IMG/VR virus record: IMGVR_UViG_3300028025_003852
Location: 1-64,000 of that record
Direction: 5' to 3' (one strand)
Length of the DNA: 64,000 nt
DNA from: a virus
In this document: one piece after another, positions 21,927-28,709 of the stretch
Layout: the number at the start of each line of letters is the position of its first letter
Position numbering within the stretch: the first letter of the stretch is position 1
Program-made: the position numbers and the translations under genes
Notes under the pieces: generated by a model
What the model saw: the letters and a program-made list of their open reading frames with translations, nothing else
The model's database searches: none
What the model was told of the DNA's origin: nothing

Positions 21927-22414
21927 TGTTGGACTATGAGAACATTGAAGTAAAAGATTTGCCACCGTCGCCTATCGAGCAGGGTACCCTTATCGGTATC
22001 GCTGTCGATACTAAGATTGAGGAACTTCAGAAAGAACTTGAGGGTGTCAAGGCAGAACTGGATGCCTCTCGTGCAAACGCTGATGACTGGCGTAACCGTC
22101 AGACATCTATGTATAACCAACTTGGTGAAATGCAGGACAGACTCAAGGGTATCCTGACTGAACTGGTCAACTCTGGTTCCATTGAAAAGGAATACGCAAA
22201 GACCATTGCAGACCACTGTGGCATTGAGGTTACTCGTTACATTGGTGTGTCTGGAAATATCACATTCTCTGCAAATGTCGAGGTATCGGTATTCGATGAA
22301 GATGACTTGGATACACACAACTTCAGTGCAACATACCTGTGCCTTGAGTATCAGGGTGAAGATGTCATTGACTTGAACTATGACATTGAGAACGTTGAAG
22401 AGGACTACAGTTAG
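21926..22414 (+). CDS. Acidic coiled-coil protein
   Basis: TAATG coupling. Confidence 0.75.
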   Translation: MLDYENIEVKDLPPSPIEQGTLIGIAVDTKIEELQKELEGVKAELDASRANADDWRNRQTSMYNQLGEMQDRLKGILTELVNSGSIEKEYAKTIADHCGIEVTRYIGVSGNITFSANVEVSVFDEDDLDTHNFSATYLCLEYQGEDVIDLNYDIENVEEDYS

Positions 22415-22428
22415 TAGGCCTAATAGCT

Positions 22429-22468
22429 AGGGTAGGGACTTGTTAATTCCTTTCTTAGCCTCTACCCT
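22429..22468 (+). ncRNA. Hairpin with anti-Shine-Dalgarno loop
   Basis: 12-bp stem (one mismatch); loop TGTTAATTCCTTTCTT. Confidence 0.4.
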
Positions 22469-22471
22469 CAC

Positions 22472-22499
22472 GGACCTGAGCATGTCCTTAAAAGGCTCA
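22472..22499 (+). ncRNA. H-type pseudoknot, copy 4
   Basis: S1 GGAC/GTCC, S2 TGAGC/GCTCA. Confidence 0.6.
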
Positions 22500-22646
22500 T
22501 TCTCATACCCAGGGGGGCCGGGCCGATCCGGCCGCCATTGTAACAATTGGGTTACGAACACCTAAAAATACCACCTAGGACTTGTAATTATCTTGTATCT
22601 GTGTCATACTGATATAAGTAAACAAACCTCTAACGAAAGGCAACAT

Positions 22647-23666
22647 ATGCACGAATTGGAACAGGGCAAGAACGGCGAGGTTGCTTTTGCATCTTTCCGT
22701 GAGCCTGCTTGGCATGGTCTTGGGACTGTGTTCGAGGAAGAAGTAAAGACGGCAGATATGCTGAAGTTGGCACACCTTGATAATTGGAATGTTCGTCTTG
22801 AGGAGATTCCTATTCCCGAGGGATTTGTCTCTGACAAGACTAACTATTTTGTTGCTCGCACTAACCCCTTCAACTCTGAGCAGAACGACATTCTTGGAAT
22901 CGTTGGGCAACGCTACAATACGCTTCAGAACGAATCACTGTTTGAGTTTGGTGACAACCTGCTAGACGGTGGTGGTCGTTGGGAGACGGCTGGCTCTATC
23001 AAGGGTGGTCGTGTTGTGTTCGGTGCTTTGGCACTTGAGCGTGAAACGGTGCTTGACCCTAATGGTGTGGCTGACAAGGTAAACACTTACCTTCTTGTCA
23101 ACACATCGCACGATGGGTCGGTGTCCATTATGGCGAGCATCACGCCTGTGCGTGTCGTGTGTGCGAACACTCTGAACATGGCTATCGGTTCAGGCACAGG
23201 TCACTGGCGTAGTGCTAAGCAGTCGTTCAAGATTCGTCACACTCAGACAGCCGAGGGTCGTGTTCAGGCTGCTCGTGAGGCTTTGGGTCTTGCCAATGAC
23301 TACATGGATGAGTTTGACAAGATGGCTCAGGCTATGATTGAGACAGAAATCACGAATGACCAATTCCAGGAGATTCTTCGTGCAGTCTACCCCATGCCCG
23401 AAAAGGATGCTAAGGGTGCTATGTCAAAGTGGCAGACAAAGTTGGAACTCATCGAGGACATCTACGGTGGACAGTTCAACGACACGATTGCTGGAACGGC
23501 TTGGGGTGCATTGAACGGCATCACCGAACGTCTTGACTGGTATCGTGCAGGACGCAAGGGCAACAGCGAAAGCGTGTTGGCTTCTGCTTCTGGCTTCGAC
23601 CCTGCTATCAACGCTGAGAAGAATCGTATTCTCAAGATTGTTCAGGAACTCACAATGGCTTCCTAG
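22647..23666 (+). CDS. DUF932 phage/plasmid-like protein
   Basis: AWHGLG, ETAGSIKGGRVVF, NTSHDGS, TPVRVVCANTL, GTAWGALN; start MHELEQ after GAAAGG. Confidence 0.9.
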   Translation: MHELEQGKNGEVAFASFREPAWHGLGTVFEEEVKTADMLKLAHLDNWNVRLEEIPIPEGFVSDKTNYFVARTNPFNSEQNDILGIVGQRYNTLQNESLFEFGDNLLDGGGRWETAGSIKGGRVVFGALALERETVLDPNGVADKVNTYLLVNTSHDGSVSIMASITPVRVVCANTLNMAIGSGTGHWRSAKQSFKIRHTQTAEGRVQAAREALGLANDYMDEFDKMAQAMIETEITNDQFQEILRAVYPMPEKDAKGAMSKWQTKLELIEDIYGGQFNDTIAGTAWGALNGITERLDWYRAGRKGNSESVLASASGFDPAINAEKNRILKIVQELTMAS

Positions 23667-23676
23667 TCGGTGACTC

Positions 23677-23704
23677 CCTGCCCTCCCTTGTGGAGGGTGG
23701 GGGG
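23677..23704 (+). terminator. GC-rich hairpin, putative U-less terminator
   Basis: CCCTGCCCTCC-CTTGT-GGAGGGTGGGG directly after the DUF932 stop. Confidence 0.55.
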
Positions 23705-23849
23705 CCGGGTGATCAGATCCGGACTCTACTTAGTATATACATTCATTATATTTGTATTACGATGAAGTAAAAAATACGCCAGATTACGAATAGGTAACAA
23801 TCACCCTGAAAAGTTGCATGTCAACCATGTTTTCTGTCATACTGAATAT

Positions 23850-23951
23850 ATGAATGAATTTGAGATAGCGATGCAAGTTGTATTGTCAGAGGCTCTTGAT
23901 AAACTAGAGTCTATACCAGATGAAGAAATCGAAAGGTTGTATATATCCTAA
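23850..23951 (+). CDS. 33-aa leaderless peptide
   Basis: ATG 6 nt after CATACT; TAATG coupling to the next ORF. Confidence 0.45.
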   Translation: MNEFEIAMQVVLSEALDKLESIPDEEIERLYIS

Positions 23952-24127
23952 TGGGAATTTACTATGTTAAGACTGTTGTAGAGTTTGGTGGAGAAGTTAT
24001 GGCTGATACCGCCGAGGAAGCAGAGAAACTTGGATGGCACTGGGATACTGAATTGCAGTATGACGGAGTCTACTCAATCGATGTAGAAGTTGTTGACGAG
24101 GATAACGATGAGGAGGACACCGAATGA
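23951..24127 (+). CDS. Acidic DpnD/PcfM-like small protein
   Basis: YYVK...EVMADTAEEAE. Confidence 0.6.
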   Translation: MGIYYVKTVVEFGGEVMADTAEEAEKLGWHWDTELQYDGVYSIDVEVVDEDNDEEDTE

Positions 24128-24243
24128 TGAAGGTATCGGAAGTGGAGCGTCTTATCGGTAATGCGTTCCCCAACATGCATGTGTTTGTAGATAAGAACAA
24201 CGAGATTATTGTTTGCACAGGAGAGGAAGCAATCGATGAGTAA
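24127..24243 (+). CDS. 38-aa hypothetical protein
   Basis: GAGGAGG RBS; coupled. Confidence 0.45.
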   Translation: MKVSEVERLIGNAFPNMHVFVDKNNEIIVCTGEEAIDE

Positions 24244-24397
24244 GTATTCAATTAAGGTAGAACAAATTGGACATACCGTTGTAGAGGTTGAGGCTGAAGA
24301 TGAGTTTCAGGCTGAAGACATTGCAATGGAGATGTGGGGCAATGGTGAACTTGACCATCTCTTTATCTTTGATGTAGAACTAATTGTGGATAACTAA
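24236..24397 (+). CDS. Acidic DpnD/PcfM-like small protein
   Basis: KYSIKV...VEVEAEDEFQA. Confidence 0.6.
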   Translation: MSKYSIKVEQIGHTVVEVEAEDEFQAEDIAMEMWGNGELDHLFIFDVELIVDN

Positions 24398-24630
24398 TGC
24401 GTATGCCAAAGGTAGCCGACCAAACTTGGAGGCGAATCTACCATTCCAGGGTAGCAGAGGTATACGAATCAGATAACGAGAACGACTACTACAAGGTAGT
24501 ACTAGAAGGTATGCGACCAAAGTATTTCTATGGTGAGTTAGGCTTTCAGAATTACCAACGCTATGTGTATGACTTTGAGATGGCTACCCTGTATTCACAG
24601 GACAACGCCATGATGAAGAAGTATCGGTAG
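24397..24630 (+). CDS. Hypothetical protein
   Basis: TAATG coupling. Confidence 0.7.
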   Translation: MRMPKVADQTWRRIYHSRVAEVYESDNENDYYKVVLEGMRPKYFYGELGFQNYQRYVYDFEMATLYSQDNAMMKKYR

Positions 24631-24647
24631 GCGTGGTAAAATAGAAT

Positions 24648-24881
24648 ATGACACCAACTATTTATACTAAGCCTAACTGTGTACAGTGTGATGCAACCAA
24701 ACGTTACTTTGATAACAAAGGTGTGGCCTACACTACCGTCGATATTACACAGGATGCGGACGCACTCGATCTACTTATTGCCGAGGGATTCAAGTCAGCT
24801 CCTGTTGTTAATATAGATACACACTGGTGGAGTGGATTCCAACCAGACTTAATAGATAAACACATCGCTAACTATTCTTAG
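24648..24881 (+). CDS. nrdH: Glutaredoxin-like NrdH
   Basis: IYTKPNCVQC...APVV...WSGFQPD. Confidence 0.93.
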   Translation: MTPTIYTKPNCVQCDATKRYFDNKGVAYTTVDITQDADALDLLIAEGFKSAPVVNIDTHWWSGFQPDLIDKHIANYS

Positions 24882-24909
24882 TGTCCGACGCTAATGGTAA
24901 GGTGGTAAC

Positions 24910-25296
24910 ATGACAGCAACTATAGACCTTTCCTATGAGGAATGGATTGACAAGTACAAGCCAGAGTTAGATGCCGACGGTAGCCCACGAATGTATGAGA
25001 CCTATGGCAAAGACTACGAGTATGTTCAGAGTGTAGACACTGAGTATCTTTGGACATGGACCGATGGTGGTGACTACAGTGTTATCACTAATGGATTTAG
25101 TTTTGTTAATCGCTTAGGCTACTACGTTTGTACCGTGCCATGTAGCACAGACATTTCTGTTGAGGTAGATGTGTATGTGCCAACAGAGTGTGAAGAAACC
25201 AAGATTCATTATTGGACAGAGCATGAGCGTTATGACGGAACCATGACAACCATTTGCTCAGAATGCGAGGTAGACAAAAATGACATTGACAGCTGA
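24910..25296 (+). CDS. Hypothetical phage protein
   Basis: YETYG...WT...G.SFVNRLGY pattern; leaderless after promoter 24882. Confidence 0.75.
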   Translation: MTATIDLSYEEWIDKYKPELDADGSPRMYETYGKDYEYVQSVDTEYLWTWTDGGDYSVITNGFSFVNRLGYYVCTVPCSTDISVEVDVYVPTECEETKIHYWTEHERYDGTMTTICSECEVDKNDIDS

Positions 25297-25669
25297 GGAG
25301 GAAGCCTTGCTTGCTAATCTAAACTATGACCTTAACATTTGGGACGAGGGTATGCACATGACCTGTCACCTACCAAAAGAAGAGCAGTACTCACAATGGA
25401 AGATTTCAGTACACAACGTACATGAACTACCAGATGGTTACATTCAGTGTGGTGATTGGATTGAGGATATCAATATCTATCTTACCGAAGATGAGGTGAA
25501 GGCCCTCACACTTGGATGGGCACCTGAGCTTGGTGGAGACTACACTGGTGACAGTGATTTCTTCCTTGACATCGATGGATTCTTTACTATCTATAAAGAC
25601 ATTCCCGAGAGGGTAAAGCAAGAACTACTATCACTACCGCCGATTGACATTCAGAAGGTTGAATGGTAG
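25280..25669 (+). CDS. Acidic hypothetical protein
   Basis: GAGG RBS. Confidence 0.7.
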   Translation: MTLTAEEEALLANLNYDLNIWDEGMHMTCHLPKEEQYSQWKISVHNVHELPDGYIQCGDWIEDINIYLTEDEVKALTLGWAPELGGDYTGDSDFFLDIDGFFTIYKDIPERVKQELLSLPPIDIQKVEW

Positions 25670-25681
25670 AATGGAGAGACA

Positions 25682-25906
25682 ATGCGAATTACACAAAATG
25701 AACGAGCAGCCCAAAAGATTCTAGATGCTGTAAACGATTACACCTTAGACACATACATGATTGGATTTCACATCTTCCAGTTTGCACCATTGGATTTGTA
25801 TATGAAATTGGATGAAATCATGGAAGGTGTTGACATGGCAATCAAAGCAGAGAATGAGAGAGTAGAGAAGAAGAATGAGCAACGAAAGCAAAACGCCCCT
25901 TTCTAA
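25682..25906 (+). CDS. Hypothetical protein
   Basis: GGAG RBS. Confidence 0.7.
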   Translation: MRITQNERAAQKILDAVNDYTLDTYMIGFHIFQFAPLDLYMKLDEIMEGVDMAIKAENERVEKKNEQRKQNAPF

Positions 25907-26222
25907 CAAGTGTGACATCTTGGCTGAGTTGTGGATTCAGTATAAGGGCGATGAGAACTTTGCAGACTTCATGCAATACAATGACTTGGGCTTGCCCCTT
26001 GCTTATGCAATATCAAATGACATTATCAAAGCAAGCGAACGAGCAACATTGTTTGTAGAAGAAACCTTTGCAACTCTCATGTATGCTCTTGCTGATGATT
26101 CAGAAGATAACATCACTTGGACTGATGATGAAGGCAACGATGAACCAGAAGCATGGATGGCTCAAGAGTTTGAGACTCTAGAAGATGTATTCTTGTTCTT
26201 TGGAACTGACAGGGCAAAGTAG
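25875..26222 (+). CDS. Acidic hypothetical protein
   Basis: KCDILAELW...YNDLGLPLAY. Confidence 0.75.
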   Translation: MSNESKTPLSNKCDILAELWIQYKGDENFADFMQYNDLGLPLAYAISNDIIKASERATLFVEETFATLMYALADDSEDNITWTDDEGNDEPEAWMAQEFETLEDVFLFFGTDRAK

Positions 26223-26228
26223 CTGGTA

Positions 26229-26254
26229 CCCTGCCTCCCTTCGGGGAGGTGGGG
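26229..26254 (+). terminator. Hairpin with CUUCGG loop closing the early region
   Basis: CCCTGCCTCC-CTTCGG-GGAGGTGGGG. Confidence 0.65.
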
Positions 26255-26376
26255 CCGGGCCTCCCAAACCACCAAAACACCTATATCCCAAAATACCTTT
26301 ACGATCCGATCAAAAAATACGCCTGAAAGTTATTACGAAGAATCAAAAAATACGCCTGAATAGAAAGGAGCATCAA

Positions 26377-26457
26377 ATGGAAATACCAATTGTAATATTT
26401 GTTATTACTATAGCAATTGCTATTACTGTTATTAATGTATGGTTCAAGAGACATTAG
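26377..26457 (+). CDS. 26-aa membrane peptide
   Basis: GAAAGGAG RBS; MEIPIVIFVITIAIAITVINVWFKRH. Confidence 0.5.
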   Translation: MEIPIVIFVITIAIAITVINVWFKRH

Positions 26458-26776
26458 ATCTACCCCCGGTTTTTGGGGGTCCGCAGGGTATTACGAAGAA
26501 TCCAAAATTATCCCTGAAAAATACAAATTATCCCTATATATATAAACAAAATACATCATTTATCCTATATATACAAACACTTATTTGGTCATATTTGGAT
26601 AGCCAGATAGCCCAATTTGGATATTTGGGGGGTATGGGATACAGGGTTTGGGGTTTGGTGGATACTAGATGTAGTGGTTTGGCATTACGATGGCCCCATA
26701 TATAGGGCTATAATTACTCAAACAAATATCAAACCAATCAATTACAGTCAGATAATAAATCAAACAGTAAGATGTA

Positions 26777-26841
26777 TGTGCATAAAATGTGGATAAAATG
26801 TGCATAAGTTGTTCACAATATGTGCATATCCCTGTGCATAA
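26777..26841. promoter_or_regulatory. Cluster of six DnaA-box-like 9-mers
   Basis: TGTGCATAA 26777, TGTGGATAA 26788, TGTGCATAA 26799, TTGTTCACA 26809, TGTGCATAT 26821, TGTGCATAA 26833. Confidence 0.7.
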
Positions 26842-26968
26842 CTTAGCATATTGGGACAAAAAAGGATTAAGAACGACCTATTTTTTACGCCTGAAAGTCT
26901 ATTGTATTATCACTAGGATTGGTTTTATATATAGGTATTATGATGGCTTTGTTTTATACCCCGAAAAA

Positions 26969-27133
26969 TTACTGAGTTACTGATCCATGTGCCCTAGGCT
27001 TATAAGCATTGATACTTCTATAACATTTAGCATGTACTGTCATATCTGTTCTATACTTAGGCTTACGATGCTTGCGTCTATAGGTTTTAGTCTTATCGTC
27101 TTTGTGTATTAGTTGATTGCAATACCAGCACAT
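26969..27133 (-). CDS. 54-aa zinc-finger-like protein
   Basis: MCWYC...VHAKC. Confidence 0.5.
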   Translation of the reverse strand: MCWYCNQLIHKDDKTKTYRRKHRKPKYRTDMTVHAKCYRSINAYKPRAHGSVTQ

Positions 27134-27289
27134 TTATTGCTCTTTTTCTCGAAGATCAGCCAATGCTCTCTCATACCCAATCTTCATTGCCACTACTTCT
27201 TCCCTATATGGATCACGACCAGAGTTACTTTGAGTAAATATCTTTAGTGACTCATATGCTTTTTCCATTTGTTTTGTGCTTGGTGTCAT
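27134..27289 (-). CDS. 51-aa hypothetical protein
   Basis: AAGGA RBS; tightly packed between neighbours. Confidence 0.5.
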   Translation of the reverse strand: MTPSTKQMEKAYESLKIFTQSNSGRDPYREEVVAMKIGYERALADLREKEQ

Positions 27290-27505
27290 TTATAGTTCCT
27301 TGATTTGTTTCAACAATACCGCCACTTGTCGTGGCGTAAGATTACCAATCACATCATCTGTAACTGGAGACTCATAATAGATACGATCATTCTGTAGCAC
27401 AGCTAATTCGTATAGTCCCTGGTCGTATCCAATGCTTGCAGTGTTACGAATAACTGAAGCACCGTAACCATTCTCAAAGTACCATCTACGTTTGTAGTCT
27501 TTCAT
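27290..27505 (-). CDS. Conserved small phage protein
   Basis: FENGYGASVI...GLYELAVL...TDDVIGNL. Confidence 0.8.
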   Translation of the reverse strand: MKDYKRRWYFENGYGASVIRNTASIGYDQGLYELAVLQNDRIYYESPVTDDVIGNLTPRQVAVLLKQIKEL

Positions 27506-27606
27506 TTTCCTATAATTCCTAACAGTTCGTTTATTCTTTTAATCTCTGCATCACGAGCTTCAATTCTTTCAAGTTCTGCAATCATAGCTTCACATGCATC
27601 ACACAT
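27502..27606 (-). CDS. 34-aa peptide
   Basis: MCDAC...; coupled at both ends. Confidence 0.45.
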   Translation of the reverse strand: MCDACEAMIAELERIEARDAEIKRINELLGIIGK

Positions 27607-27809
27607 TAGTCCCAGCCCTTGTATGTGCTTGTGGTTTGATTGTTTTGGTTGAAGTCAACCCCATTAACAAGATCAATAACCTCTGTTGGAGAATAGTCCT
27701 TGTGTGGATACTTCTTCATCATCTCTATGACTATAAAAATGATACGTTTGCGTTCCCACAAAATACCAGCCTCGTGTCCTTCAGGATATTCGTCTTTAAA
27801 CTCACTCAT
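27606..27809 (-). CDS. Hypothetical protein
   Basis: AAGGAG RBS. Confidence 0.6.
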   Translation of the reverse strand: MSEFKDEYPEGHEAGILWERKRIIFIVIEMMKKYPHKDYSPTEVIDLVNGVDFNQNNQTTSTYKGWD

Positions 27810-27973
27810 TTGCTCTCCTTATCAAGGATACGTTCATGTCTAATAAGATCAATCAAATCATTAAAGCTTGGCTTACCCTCAAAGACCCAGTCTTCTAGTA
27901 ATGCCAGGATACGCTCACGTTCACGTATCTTTCCTAGTTCAATGTAGTATAGATTGTTTAGTGATCTAACCAT
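27806..27973 (-). CDS. 55-aa hypothetical protein
   Basis: AGGAG RBS; G...ER.RI motif shared with 27606-27809. Confidence 0.55.
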   Translation of the reverse strand: MVRSLNNLYYIELGKIRERERILALLEDWVFEGKPSFNDLIDLIRHERILDKESK

Positions 27974-28160
27974 ATGTTTCTCCTATGTATTTATCTATTG
28001 CTTCAAGTGTCTTCCTAGATACCCCAGGAATTTCTTGCAAGTGCTCATACAAACGTAATGCACCGTTGTACATCATAATGTTTAATGCTAATTCCATTTC
28101 ATCACTTGCTGGAGCAAGGATAAATTCGTTTTCTGCCAATGGCTTGTCTGTTAATGACAT
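27966..28160 (-). CDS. Hypothetical protein
   Basis: Start MSLTDK. Confidence 0.55.
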   Translation of the reverse strand: MSLTDKPLAENEFILAPASDEMELALNIMMYNGALRLYEHLQEIPGVSRKTLEAIDKYIGETYG

Positions 28161-28258
28161 GTACACACACACCTTCCAAATGTAAAATCGACAGGGCATT
28201 CAATGTGGTAGCCTGTCATACACCACCCACTAGGGAGTCTTTCACTTTTTCTTGCCAT
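28151..28258 (-). CDS. 35-aa Cys/His-rich peptide
   Basis: SGWCMTGYHIEC...CVCTCH; leaderless. Confidence 0.55.
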   Translation of the reverse strand: MARKSERLPSGWCMTGYHIECPVDFTFGRCVCTCH

Positions 28259-28263
28259 AATCA

Positions 28264-28292
28264 ATTATACAATATGCAGATGGTGTTGTCAA
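28264..28292 (-). promoter_or_regulatory. Consensus SigA promoter
   Basis: TTGACA-17-TATAAT. Confidence 0.8.
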
Positions 28293-28452
28293 TATGTACT
28301 GCGTGTCGCAGTTGGTGTCTCTACATACCGCCGAGCTATCGCCGTGCGAACTTGCGTGTGCTAAAATTATTATATGGTATGTAATAGATGTAAGGACAAG
28401 GTCGAAGAGTTATGGATCGATCTTTGCGAACAATGTGTTAAGGATGTACAAG

Positions 28453-28707
28453 ATGATTGACAAAGACAAGACAAACAAAATAATTGATAGCTACGCTCTT
28501 AGATTTTTAGACGACTATGTCGGAACATACGGAGTTCTTCCAGATGCAAACCTTGTAGAGGTTTGGAGAATGGGATTCATTGATGGATGCCAAGCAGTTT
28601 CAGATGCTATTACAGGCAACAGCTTAATCAGAGCGTATGAATCAATACGAAGCAGTTGCGAAGATTGTGAGGGCCAGTGTGCGGTTTGCGATTCAAATAA
28701 AGAATAA
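28453..28707 (+). CDS. Hypothetical protein with C-terminal Cys cluster
   Basis: CEDCEGQCAVC; start uncertain. Confidence 0.55.
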   Translation: MIDKDKTNKIIDSYALRFLDDYVGTYGVLPDANLVEVWRMGFIDGCQAVSDAITGNSLIRAYESIRSSCEDCEGQCAVCDSNKE

Positions 28708-28709
28708 AG

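Larger units (their letters stand above)
16289..22640 (+). repeat. Start-associated extended RBS (AC)AACGAAAGG(A)
   Basis: Near 16289, 16607, 16910, 17128, 17914, 18839, 19008, 21651, 22632, just before start codons. Confidence 0.75.
14772..24903 (+). promoter_or_regulatory. 17 early promoters TGTC(A/C/T)G-N10-(T/C)ANNNT with extended -10 TG (PafBC/RecA-NDp geometry)
   Basis: Starts 14772, 15251, 15571, 15879, 16108, 16575, 16882, 17096, 17524, 17884, 18811, 18980, 19591, 21386, 21623, 23884, 24882; each precedes an RBS or a leaderless ATG. Confidence 0.85.
15176..26261 (+). repeat. 13 GC-rich intergenic spacers, consensus GGGGCCGG-N2-5-GATCCGGCCGCC
   Basis: About 15176, 15792, 16493, 16824, 17463, 17852, 18790, 19558, 20345, 21303, 22512, 23697, 26251; each follows the last gene or tRNA of a cassette and 12 precede a promoter. 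Confidence 0.85.

Noticed and set aside
15176-26261. GC-rich repeats as a CRISPR array or integron attC sites
   Set aside because: Degenerate, separated by whole genes at irregular 0.3-2.5 kb spacing; no cas operon or integrase
27167-27179. Second 13-nt match to the 13165 sRNA loop
   Set aside because: Inside a coding region about 35 nt from the next start; cannot be told from chance, so not counted as a target
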